Positions 38,941 to 51,470 of a DNA stretch of 64,000 bases are shown here, piece by piece. The stretch is from Octopus sinensis. Lineage: Eukaryota. The notes beneath the pieces were generated by a model. The model had not been told where the DNA came from, did not search any database, and was given only the letters and a program-made list of their open reading frames with translations. The stretch is from assembly GCF_006345805.1 (NCBI RefSeq), contig NC_043007.1, positions 67,270,001 through 67,334,000 of the forward strand, given 5' to 3'. Made by a program: the position numbers and the translations under genes. Each line of letters begins with the position of its first letter. The stretch's first letter is position 1.

Positions 38941-40211
38941 CGAGGGGCGTTCAATAAGTAATGCCCCTGACCCATTTCCCATAGCAGTAGAGCAACGAAA
39001 CTTGACACAGTTATTAGTTTCTTTCTACATAGGAACCACCCAAAGTTACGCATTTCTCCCATCGTTTGATGCAGCTCTGGAAACCGTTTTTGTAGAAGAC
39101 CCCCAGCTTGGTCCTCCAACCACAATGTGACTTCAGAAATCAAGGCTGCATCATCTGGAAAACGCTTTCCTTTCAAAAATAACTTCATGGCTGGGAAGAG
39201 GTGAAAATCAGAGGGTGCAAGGTCAGGAGAGTAGAGGGGATGGGGGAGGAGTTCATAGCCCCACACCTGTGCTTCTGATATGGCGACACGCGAGTTGTGG
39301 ACCGGAGCGTTGTCCTGCAGGAGGAGGATGCCTTTGCTGATCTTGCCCTGCCTCTTGATTTTGATAGCTTCTCTTAATTTCCGGAGAAGAGAAGCATAAT
39401 AGGCTCCTGTAATTGTGGTACCCTTTGCTGGGAAATCTGTCATCACTACTCCGTCCTGGTCCCAGAAGACTGTGAGCATGACCTTGCCAGCGGAGGGCTG
39501 CACCCTTGCCTTCTTTGGAGGAGGTGAGTCATGGTGCTTCCACTGCATTGACTGGGCTTTGGTCTCTGGATCATAGTGATGGACCCAGGTTTCATCCTGT
39601 GTAATCAGTCTTTTGAAAAATTTTGACTCATCTTCTTGGCACATCTCCAAATTCATCCTCGAGCACTCAACGCGTTCTTGCTTCTGGAAAGGTGTGAGCA
39701 ACCTGGGAATCTATCTGGCAGACACCTTTTGCATATGCAAATGGTCATGAATGATAGTTTCCACAGACCCAGTACTAATCTTGACCTCATGAGCTATTTG
39801 GCAAATAGTTATGCGTCGAGCTTCCAAAATGGCAGCCTCAACTTGACGGACAGATACCTCATCAATGGCAGAAGGGATCTGGGAGCTGTTTCCACAGAGT
39901 TCCAACCATGTTTGAATTCACGATGCCAGAATTTTACAAGGTCATATGATGGGGCATCATCACCATAAGTTACTTTCATTTCATCAAAAGTCTCCACCAT
40001 CTCCTAGTGTGTAACCTCACTGCTCGACACTCAACAGGCTCCATTTCACACTTGACTCAGTTCAAACACCTGTAAATCAGAAAACACAATTAGTTCAGAG
40101 CTGTAATTTGCCACTTAATCTATAGAGATATAAATAATTGCACATGCAAAATTTCAGCTAGATAAAAACAACTGCAAGTGGGTCAGGGCATTACTTATTG
40201 AACATCCCTCG
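38941..40211 (-). mobile_element. Near full-length mariner (DD34D), frameshifted transposase
   Basis: TIRs cgaggggcgttcaataagtaatgccc / gggcattacttattgaacatccctcg, TA TSD, 1271 bp; ITQDETW...LQDNAP...YSPDLAPSDF with 34-residue spacing. Confidence 0.93.
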
Positions 40212-40213
40212 TA

Positions 40214-40870
40214 GGTTGTATGATGGATTGTGTTAGCAAGATGTTATGGAGAATTTTATTGCTTAAATTTGTGGTTGTACTATTGTTTTGAATTTATTCA
40301 TGCATGTAGAACTTTGTAATCAGGTGCGTATATTTAGGTATATCATCTTCACATTGTAGAGGTTCACAAAAGAATGTAGTTAAGTTGGGTGCATGTTGGT
40401 CAGCTGATATGTCATTCAGTTTAGCTGTATTGTTTTTATCTGGATATTATTGGGATATTTAACCTTTTGCTTTGAGAATGTGAAGAATTAAAGCTTAGAG
40501 CTCAATCCAATTTTTAAACCTTTGTAATTAGGTGTGTTTATTAGGTGTGTTAGCTTTTAGGTTATGGAGATTTTAAGGGTTTACACGAGGATGTAATTAG
40601 GTGGTAAGTTTTTGTTTGTTGGCAGGTTGATGCTATTTATATTTTTTTTGCCTGTTTGTATCAAGAGGGTGTTGGTTACCACTTTAGCATGTCATGGTGT
40701 TATCAAAAGGGAAAATTTGTTAGCCTAATGTTTTTAATGTTCATAAGAGGTTGTAAGTAGATGTAAATGTCTTTGGTCAACATATTTGTCCCTAGGGAAT
40801 CATTGTTCTAGAAATTATTTGGTTACTATTTAGAAATTTTAACCTTTGCGTTTAGGTGGGGGTGAAGTTT
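40214..40870 (-). mobile_element. Possible degenerate Penelope-like element (continues at about 38790-38938), split by the mariner
   Basis: Strong strand asymmetry and faint similarity to the PLE GIY-YIG region (PLQCE.., YNHKFK, LANT, LSLKRK); weak. Confidence 0.3.
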
Positions 40871-41149
40871 GTTTTTTATAAATATTTGTTCTAATCCTCT
40901 TGTGAACATTAAAACATTATATTAACAAATTCTCCCCCTACCTACCCAACTTGTGCACACCACCAAAAGTGACCAAAGTTAGTACATACACGATTTTAGC
41001 TCTCTTTCTAGCTCCATCCTTGTTATTCTCATCCATTCTTCTGTAACATGAGTAGCTATGTAAGCTACTTATGTTATTAAGGAGCCCTTCTACAGCAAAA
41101 TCAGCACAGAAGTTCTTCCATATTTTAACCTCTCATCTCCTAGTTTGTT

Positions 41150-41444
41150 CCTTCTCAAGCCATGCCTGGCTCATAAGGACCGGTTTCCCGGTTTTCTTGG
41201 TGTATACGTTCCCCACCTGGACAGGACGCCAAACCGTCGCAGGTGAGCTGCAAGATGCATGAGGAAAGAGTAAGAGAAAGTCGTAGTGAAAGAGTCAGCA
41301 GAAGTTCACCATTACCTTCTGCCAGAGCCACGTGGAGCTTAGGTGTTTTGCTCATAAACACACACATCGCTCAGTCTGAGATTCGAACCCACGATCCCTC
41401 GACCACGAGTCCGCTGCTCTAACCACTAGGCCATGTGCCTCCAC
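41150..41444 (-). mobile_element. tRNA-derived SINE, family C (related heads at 41822-42060 +, 51483-51577 +, 54137-54410 +)
   Basis: Head gtggaggcacatggcctagtggttagagcagcggactc...ggttcgaatctc with clear A and B boxes, followed by a non-tRNA body. Confidence 0.8.
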
Positions 41445-43592
41445 CATCTCCTAGTGTTCAACCTCACTCAGTCAGTGGTTGTGGTGGTGGATCTTTGTCT
41501 TGCAAGCTGCATGACAACCTCATTAGTGCTAGTGCTATGAGACAAAAGTACCCAGTATGCTCTGTAAAGTGGTTGGTGTTAGAAAAGACATCCAGCCATA
41601 AAAATCCATGCCAAAGCATACATCCTATTGGATTCTCTCAAATCACCCAACCCATGCAAGCATGGAAGATGGATGTTCAAAAAATGATAACGATGATGAT
41701 GTATTTTATCTTTTACTCGTTTCGGTCATTGGACTGTAGCTATGCTGGGGCACTGTCTTGAAGGATTTAGTCAAACAAATTGACATCAGTATTTATTATT
41801 TTAAAGCCTGACCATTAAGTTGTGGAGGCACATGGCTTAGTGGTTAGGGTGTCAGCATCATGATCGTAAGATTGTGGTTTTGATTCCTGGACTGGGCGAC
41901 GCGTTGTGTTCTTGAGTAAAACACTTCATTTCATGTTGCTCCAGTCCACTCAGCTGGCAAAAATGAGTAATGCTGCGATGGACTGGCGTCCCGTCCAGCT
42001 GGGAAACACATACGCCATAGAAACCGGGAAAACGGGCCCATGAGCCTGGTTAGGCTTTAAAAGGAGACAATTTATTTATTTTTTTTTACCACTAAGTTAC
42101 AACTACATAAGTTACAACTAAGCTAGACTAAGTTACAACTACATAAATAAACCAACACTGGTTGTTAAGTGGTAAAAAGAGGACAAACATAAACACAATG
42201 ACACACAAACACACACGCATGCACACACTCACACACATATATGACAGGCTTCTTTCAGTTTCTGTCTATCAAATTCACTCATAAGACGAGGACTTAAGTG
42301 GAAGACACTTGCCCAAAGTGCCATACAGTCGGACTCAACCAGGAACTATGTGCTGGAAAGCAAATGTTTTACAAGTTTCCCTTTTTATTTACTTATGTCC
42401 CATTCTGAAGTAACCTCTCACACGCCTTACCAAAATATTTACCACGTTGCCCTAGCAGGGCAAACACCCCCACCTCGAGAAGCACTGGATTAGAGCTTAT
42501 TTGTTTTTATCTCTCATTCACTGAAGCATCACCACTTCCACTTGCCCTTCCACACAAACAACATCTTGTATGACCTATGGATTAACAGCTATTTTCCTGC
42601 ATATTATGTTTCACCTTTCTCATTCTCCACTACCTTATTTACTGCATGGAACTTATTTATTTATTTAATCTGATGGTATTCAAACTCAATTTTGTTTTTT
42701 TTTAATCTGGTGCAGTTGCTGCTGTTGTTGTGGTTACCACAGTCGTTGTTGTTGTTGTATTTTTTTTTTTTAGATTTGTTATGAAAGTTTGTTTTTTTAA
42801 TCCTTGTGAGAGATTAAATAATTATGTTTACATTAACTCTGAAGGGTCACTTTAAGTTAGGTAAATAAGATTAAATTGATGGTGGTGGCAGTGGCGGTGG
42901 CAGTGGTGGTGGTGGTGGTGGTGGTGGTGTGGTGGTGGTGGTGGTGGTGGTGGTTGTAACAATGATGATGGTGATGATGACAACAATGATGATGATGATA
43001 ATAACAACAACACTTTAACATGTGATTTATGTGGACTGCTAACACAGTAGTACATGGTACTGACATATAGAATCATTTAATATACTTTGTAGCATATCAT
43101 AGTCGCATAACGAAATACCATGTGCCTACAAGTCATTAATATTTACGTAATAACAATTAGATGACAATGATGATGCCAGCATTAATGTCACCAATGTTGG
43201 TATAAAACTAGTTTTTGGAACATAACAAAATATTCTTACATAAAATTATATAATGACAGGTTTTAACTTAAAAATAAATACTTTACAATGAAAGAGTTTG
43301 TATCAAAACTTAGGATTAGTCCTAGGCACATGTGTACTCAAAATAGGGGCCAAATGGTTCGGATGTTGGTCTTGTGATCATTACTCTTTTACTCTTTTAC
43401 TTGTTTCAGTCATTTGACTGCGGCCATGCTGGAGCACCGCCTTTAGTCAAGCAAATCAACCCCAGGACTTATTCTTTGTAAGCCTAGTACTTATTCTATT
43501 GGTCTCTTTTGCCGAACCGCTAAGTTATAGGGTTGTAAACACACCAGCATCGGCTATCAAGCGATGCTGGGGGGACAAACACAGACAGACAA

Positions 43593-43640
<48 letters not shown>

Positions 43641-43960
43641 CAACAATCAAGGAACGGCCATAATAGGCCATTCACCCACTAGAAATAACAGCCAAAGCTT
43701 CAACCGCAAATAAAAGTCAATTCCGTAAACAGGAGAAAATTTAAAAAACATTTACCCTGTAATTTCTTATACGGTGCACCGTTTCATCTGCTGTTTAATG
43801 GTAAACTAACCTGATTAAATTAAATCAAGCCAATCTTCCATAGGCCCTCAGAATCTTCAGTAAGAAATAGCCACAAGTCGGAACAGATATTTTCACGAGG
43901 CATTTCCGACCCTGCCAAGGTAATATCTGACCTAAAATTTTCAAATCATCGCACTCGCGC

Positions 43961-44010
<50 letters not shown>

Positions 44011-44348
44011 CGATGGGCTTCTTTCAGTTTCCATCTACCAAATCCACTCACAAGGCTTTGGTCGACCCAAGGCTATAGTAGAAGACACTTGCCCAAAGTG
44101 TCATGCAGTGGGACTGAACCCGGAACCATGTGGTTGGTAAGCAAGCTACTTACCACACAGCCTCTCCTGCGCCTTAGATAATGATTTGAATTCTTGGAAT
44201 GGGTCATGCATTGTGTCTTCAAGAAAAAACACTTCATTTGATGTAGCTCCAGCCCACCCATTGAAAATGAGTGCCATCTGTTGCTGGGGTCAACTCTAGG
44301 AAAGACTAGCATCCCAATTTAGTCTTTTTTGTATTCTCAGTTGCTTAA

Positions 44349-44570
44349 CCCCTTTGTTACCATATTTCTGTTGAAATTCACAGCCATAGTTATAATTAAT
44401 TTTGAAAATAATGAAAAATTTGGTAAAATAACTTTGTCGTTATTAAGCTGGAATTTGGGACATAAATTAACATGATATTTTGATGGAAGGCTTTAATTTA
44501 GATCACTTAAAACCATAAAGCTTGTACCATAGAACCACAATCAGTTGTGGGCGGGTTGGTATCAAAATGG
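44349..44570. mobile_element. piggyBac-like MITE (related copies at about 6260-6480 and 59420-59670)
   Basis: TTAA on both flanks; imperfect TIRs cccctttgttacc / ggtatcaaaatgg. Confidence 0.65.
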
Positions 44571-45749
44571 TTAAACATACAAAAAGGCTAGGAAAGATCT
44601 GGGCTAATGACCATGGCAGTTTGAGACAAACTTCATTAAAGTAATACTGCATCCTTCAAAACTTCCATGCTTCCTGAGATTCGCCAACACTACACTTGAT
44701 TTTCTCCCCTCCATACACACACAAGCATGTATCTGACTCATACATTGTTCGCTTTCCAGACATTTCTACATTACTGCATGTACTTTATATGCACTTTCTG
44801 ACAAGTTGTGGTGCAGCTGAGCACTGTATACAATAATTTCATTATTATTATTATTATATTATTATTATTACTTATAAATTACAAGTGATATACTAAAATG
44901 TACTAAATACAAGTAATGCAAATAATATGCTAAATACAAATAATACAAGTAATATAGTAAGTGTTTCAAATATATTCATTCATCTTATTTTTGCTTTCTA
45001 TGCTAGCATAGATTAAGTGATTATGTCATTAAGGCATTGTTTAACAGCTGGATACTCTTCCTGCTACTAACACTTAACTGTTTCCATATAAGAGATCTCT
45101 TCTTTCTTGTTGCTAACCCATACTTATTTTCCATGTAAAGGATTTCTGTTCCACTTGCCTTTGAAAGTGCTAAGATACATAACAATGCTCAGTATTATAC
45201 TAAATAGAAATTAATTGTACATGCTTATAGTGGTTAACCGTACATTCCTTCTCAATAGTACTTATTTAGAACAAGGTTAGGTAAATAGGTGTCACTGTAA
45301 ATAACATGCAGATTTGCTAGAGACAAAATTACAATGAGTTAATGAGAAAGCTCCTTCACAATCACTCAACATGTTAGAAAAAGTAGCCAAATGCCTTCCT
45401 ATCATATTATACCATCTTACAGAAAGAAAAGTTATAATGAACAATATTATTCTACATACTTCTAAAATGATGGGATAATCACAATTAGTTTGCCTTTGAT
45501 CATTGGTCTACTCAATTAGGATCAATTTATAAATGTGCTACAATAATATATTGCAGTACTTGACTCTGGAAAAATAAATGGCAAAGTCATGCTAAATCTG
45601 AACTTGGAACATAACGAGTTGTAATTAACTACAGTATTTTGTTTGGCACTTTACCAATCTTGCCATCCACTACCCAATGATGATGATGATAATAATGATG
45701 ATGATGGTGATAATGATGGTGGTGATACTGATGATGATTAAATTGAATT

Positions 45750-46370
45750 GAAAGTAGTAGAGGCCTTATACAACTAGAAAACTACTATAAAATATCCATC
45801 ATAGGACTACAAAAATATCTGAGTCAGAACCAAGGAAAACTGATATAAATAGTCACAAAGCATGAGCAAGGTAAAAAAAAAAATAGTTTTCTATTTTCAA
45901 AGAAGTTGAAAAATACAAGGAAGAAGTCATAATATCTGACAACTATGAAGAAAAAGAAGAAACATCGAAAGTTATAAAGCAACTAAAATCTAAGCTAAAA
46001 CTGGAACTACAAAATATGATAAAACAATGGCAAGAAAAGCCCTTACATGGCAAATACTGCGATAAGCTAAACAGAAAAGAAATAGACAAAATAAAATCTC
46101 AACACTGGTTGAGAAATTCAGATCTCAAAGCAGAAACTGATGGGTTTTTAATTACGGCACAAGAACAAAATTTCCCCTCCAGAAATCACCAAAAACACAC
46201 GAAGAAAAGTATTATAAGTAACTGCAGAATATATGATGATGGTGAAGAAATAATAAATCATAATTTCTCTGGTTGCCCAGTCATAGACAAGAAGAAATAC
46301 ATCCACAAACACGACAGAGTTGGGACTTATATACATATGAAGCTATGCCAACACTATGGCATGACTACAG
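45750..46370 (+). mobile_element. R4/Dong-like non-LTR retrotransposon fragment (post-RT region and decayed CCHC knuckle)
   Basis: RGLIQLENYYK, WQEKPLHGKY, WLRNSDLKAETDGFLITAQEQ, CRI..E.INH..SGC..HDRVGTYIH. Confidence 0.75.
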
Positions 46371-46384
46371 GAAACAACAACAAC

Positions 46385-46948
46385 AACAATAAATGCCCTG
46401 ATGCAGTACCAGACAGTGGCTCTCATGGCTTCTGATCTTAACTGATTGGAAGTGTTATCATGTACATTGTTTTGTCTTGGTATAAAAGATGGGCTACAGC
46501 AAATATTCTGCTTAATGCCACAGATTTGCTTGTCAGCCATTTGACCTTAACCAGTTGAGCATGTCCCTTAGTGGCTGATGATATGTGCATCTCTGATCAC
46601 GAGCAGAAGCAGTGGGGGAGCATCATGGTCATGTGTTGAGAGGGATTCTTTGGGGTTTGAATAATTCACCTCTGGAAACATGGGTGTTTCGTTCAACATC
46701 CTTAAACAACCCTTATTCAGGGACCTTTTGAGTGGGATGGGTTACTCGACCAGAAGAAAATTCTAACTGGACCCCACCTGCAAGGTCATGTGCTGTTTAT
46801 CTTGATATGAGATCACCATGTCGTGCATATATGGTTGTGATGCATGTGCCTAGTGTACCCTTATCAGACGGGTAGTCATGATGGGTATACTGGGCTTTGT
46901 ATATTTTACCCCAGTGTCACTTTGATGGCATGCACTGCTCTCTCACTC

Positions 46949-46990
<42 letters not shown>
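46385..46990 (+). mobile_element. Unclassified retroposon-like repeat ending in (AAT)n
   Basis: Higher-complexity block terminated by ctctctcactc(aat)n; resembles an abundant octopus repeat (from memory). Confidence 0.45.
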
Positions 46991-47009
<19 letters not shown>

Positions 47010-47013
<4 letters not shown>

Positions 47014-47258
47014 CTTTTCTACTATAGGCACAAGGTTTGAAATTTTGTGTGAAGTGAGTAAGTCAATTATATTGGCCACCAGGACTCAACTGGTATTTAT
47101 TTTATTGACCCCAGAAGAACGAAAGGCAAATTCGACCTCGGTGGAATTAGAACTTGTTGTAAAGACAGGCAAAATGCTGCTAAGCATTTTGCCTACTGTG
47201 CTTAGGATTTTTCCAGTTCGCCACCATGAATAATAATAAATCATAAATGATGATGATC

Positions 47259-47308
<50 letters not shown>

Positions 47309-48240
47309 TCATAATAATCCTTTCTACTAGTGGTTCTCAACCGAGATCCATATGGCCCCTGAGGGTCCATATAAAATTTTGGGGGGTCCATGCAACAAAA
47401 TAGTAAATTAGGGAGACCTTGAAAAAATTTTGCATTAGATGTATGTATTGGTATGTATTACAAGAAATGGCTAGGTTTTTTTCTCTAACATTTTAGATAG
47501 TTCAATCTACACAAGTTAATGTGTGAAATACAAAATGGGAATTTTCCATAAAAATACTAGTTAAACATCAAATGGCTATGGGGTCCACCAGAATAAAATA
47601 CTAATGAAAGGGGTCCTTAGGTAAAAAATGGTTGAGAACCCCTGTACAAAAGGTATGAGGCCTGAAATTTGGGGGGAGGGGCTAGTCGATTATATTGACC
47701 CAGTGCGTAACTGGTATTTATTTAATCAACCCCTAAACAGATGAAAGGCAAAGTTGATCTTGGCAGAATTTTAACTCGGATCATAAAGACAGACAAAATG
47801 TCACTAAGTGTTTTGCTTGGCATGCTAACGATTCTGCCAGCCGCCACAACAATGGTTTCTTATTGAGACACAAGGCAGCTATTTTGAGTAGTAGGGATTA
47901 GTCAATGCCATTAATACAGTACTTGACTGATTCTGTATTTTATTGATCCCTGTGGAAATATAGGCAACTTTGACCATGGCAGGATTTGAACTCACAACAT
48001 AAAGAGCCAGTAGAGATACCAAATGGCATTTTCCCCAACATTCTAATTACTTTATCACCCATCCCCCTCTTCACAATAATAATAATTGTTTCTGATTTAG
48101 CCACAAGGTCAGGAATTTTGAGGGAAGCAGGATCAGTCAATACAATTGACCTATGTACTTGACTGATACTTTATCACTTTTTCTATCTTGGGAGAATAAA
48201 AGGTAAAATTAACCTCAGTGGGATTTGAACTTTGCATTTG
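47010..48240 (-). mobile_element. Cluster of at least 4 reverse-oriented family B SINEs with a nested hAT MITE (47328-47645)
   Basis: Family B core on the - strand; MITE TIRs tagtggttctcaacc / ggttgagaacccctg. Confidence 0.75.
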
Positions 48241-48303
48241 TATCATCTTTCATCATCATCAACATCATCATCATCATCATCATCATCTACATCATCATCA
48301 TAC

Positions 48304-48337
<34 letters not shown>

Positions 48338-48789
48338 TATTTAACATTCAATTTTCCATGCTTGCAAGAGTTTTTAAAAAATCTTTTGAACACTTTACAT
48401 TACATATGAGGACACCCTGCTGTTTGTAAAGTTGGTCAGAGTGAAAGTCATCTTGTGACAGGACAGTGTGAACATCCACACTTAATTGGATGGAGTAAAT
48501 GAGGCTACTCATACTTGACTGGACAGAATCAAGTCAACTGACACTCAGCTGAGCTAAGAGGTGATGTCCAATAGCCAGTACACAAAATAGCCACTATTGA
48601 CCAAGAAAATTATATATCAATAATACACACACACACATACACTCACAGAGTTATGTATTATTTCTGCACCAACATTGCAGTGTTACAGATCAGACATACT
48701 GAATAGTTATCCGTGGTTTAATTAACTGTTATTGTTTAGACACAGGTGAGCCTCATTTATGCAGACATATGACCATATATGTAAAATGA

Positions 48790-49270
48790 GTGACCATCCC
48801 ATCTTTTTATCGTGTATCGTGTATGTAGGAAACATCACCACACCACACACCCTCTGAACATGAGTGGCACTCAGCTAGATGTCTCACGGTCATTCTAAAA
48901 AGCTGGGCTTTGCAATCACTGAGGATCTTACCTTGTGAAAGCACATCATTACCATTGCTAGAACCACATCCCAAAGACTAAGTCATCTCATTAAAGCCAA
49001 AAGAGATTTCAACCACAAACAGCTGTTAAGACTACAAGGCCTAAGTGTAGCCCACAATTGAGTACTACCCCATATCTTGGATGCTGCTGCTGCTGCTGCT
49101 ATGCACACTAAACAGCCTGGGTCGTTTCCAGAGGAGAGCCACTCAACTGACTGACATTCCCTCACTTATAGACATTCCAGCCTCTGTCCCACAGGCAATC
49201 TATCTCCTTTCTTCATCTTTTCTATTATGAAAAATTCTCTCTACTTCTGACTGGTCTTGTGCCTCAGTTA
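48790..49270 (+). mobile_element. CR1/L2-group LINE 3' fragment
   Basis: LGFAITEDLTL*KHIITIARTTSQRLSHLIKAKRDF..QLL, similar to the C-terminal part of the 22.4-25.3 kb element. Confidence 0.65.
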
Positions 49271-49884
49271 TTCAGGTACCCCCAATCCACTCATTTCTCC
49301 ACTTCTCATTACCATTGGTGCATCCAACCTCCTCTCTCCACCCTAACCCCTGTATCCAATCTTCCACCCTCCCAGAACTTTGATCCTCTGGAACCTCCTC
49401 CTCACTCATGTCTTTCCTGCTGGTGTTGACTTGCAACAGTTTAAATGGAACATTAACATCATCAGTCTCACCAGTCTCAAAGAGTCTGCAAGAGTCATCA
49501 GCTTTGCCCTTTCTTCCAGACTCAGCATTTAAAAAAAAAGGGGACTGCATCATCTGATGTATTCCTTTTTTTAAAGACAGCAGGGTCTGATTTGTGGAAG
49601 ATTTCAATGCTATTTTTATTGCCTCAAATGGTCACATACAAACAGGTTGGCTCAACCTGAGGCTTAAGTTTGGACAGTTCCGGCTTACAACTGACCAAGT
49701 ATGAAAAAAGATTGAGAGAAAATAAGATCTATACAGTCAGTGCAGTAGTTTCCTAGTTAGTTAGTAAGTTAATTAGTTGTGTTTGTAAATTGTTTGTCCA
49801 TTGTTCTCAGATACACTAAAGTGATTAGTAAATCGGAAAAACATATACACAGTTGCCTACACACACACACATTCAATTTCCCAT

Positions 49885-49900
49885 TCACGTGATTATATAT

Positions 49901-49932
<32 letters not shown>

Positions 49933-49938
49933 ATATAT

Positions 49939-49977
<39 letters not shown>

Positions 49978-50025
49978 ATGTATATATATATATGTATATA
50001 TATATATATTAACTTTATATATGTG

Positions 50026-50056
<31 letters not shown>

Positions 50057-50064
50057 TAACTTTA

Positions 50065-50148
<84 letters not shown>

Positions 50149-50415
50149 GGGAGAGTTCACAAAAAAACAAAAGACGAAGACAGGTGATGTAGACATATAT
50201 ATATACACACACACCAACACACACTTAGTCATGTTTTAACATTTTCTCTCTAATTGTTCTCTCAAACACACACACATAAACAGTGACCCATCTACTGAAG
50301 CACATAGCCATGAATACACACGCGTACAAATATAACTGTCAATCTATACATACACACACATAGTCACCTATCAATGTATTTAAATATTCATGTGTATATA
50401 CATATATATATAGAT

Positions 50416-50446
<31 letters not shown>

Positions 50447-50887
50447 GTGAGATATATATGTATGTATATACACAGACAGATTGATAGATACACATACACT
50501 AAGTCACCTTGCCAATTACATACATATATATGATCATACTATATACATACGTACCTGTACACTGTTGCTTTCCTCATACACACTAATTTACCAATCTACC
50601 TCACTGTACACACATACATTATCTAACATATTTATTCCTCCTCTACAGATACACACAATCACACGCGTACTCATTCAGAGGTTCACCGAGGTGATTACAG
50701 ATGCACACATATACTTAATCAGCAATTTCCTGATACATTCAGATGTACACACACATACACACACAATCATACACTCACACACACATACTCACACACATAC
50801 TAGCACACATACACACTTGCACACATACATTCAGACACACACATGAGCACACACATGCACACACACATGAACACACACACATACACG

Positions 50888-50927
<40 letters not shown>

Positions 50928-51433
50928 CACATACTCACACAGACTCGCACACTTACACACACACTCGCACACATACACTCAGACACACACACGAGCGCAC
51001 ACACACACACACACGAGCACATACACACGCACAGACACACACGAGTACATACACACACACAAACACATACACCCGCACATACTCACACACACACTCACAC
51101 ACACACTCACACACATACACTCAGACACACGCGTGCAAACACACACACACAACAGACACAAACTCAGTCCTCTGCTTCATACTCACATGCATATTTACTT
51201 GTACTCAGACTTCTACCCACAGATTCACATATACACTCAGTGACCTTCATTCTAACATCCATTATCCCCACTGCATATACACAACCACTTTATTGTTTAA
51301 CAAATTTAACATTCCTAATCTCATTAGCAAGTACATATTATAAACAAATTCACAAACATACACATACATGCCTGCACACACACGCACACACACACAGTAT
51401 ATATATCTGTATATGTGTGTGTGTATGTCTACG

Positions 51434-51468
<35 letters not shown>

Positions 51469-51470
51469 CT
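49885..51470. repeat. (TA)n and degenerate (AC)n low-complexity region
   Basis: Read directly. Confidence 0.9.

Noticed and set aside
41380-41444. tRNA-like sequences (also 41822, 51483, 54137)
   Set aside because: No complete acceptor stem, and each continues into a repeated SINE body; these are SINE heads, not tRNA genes
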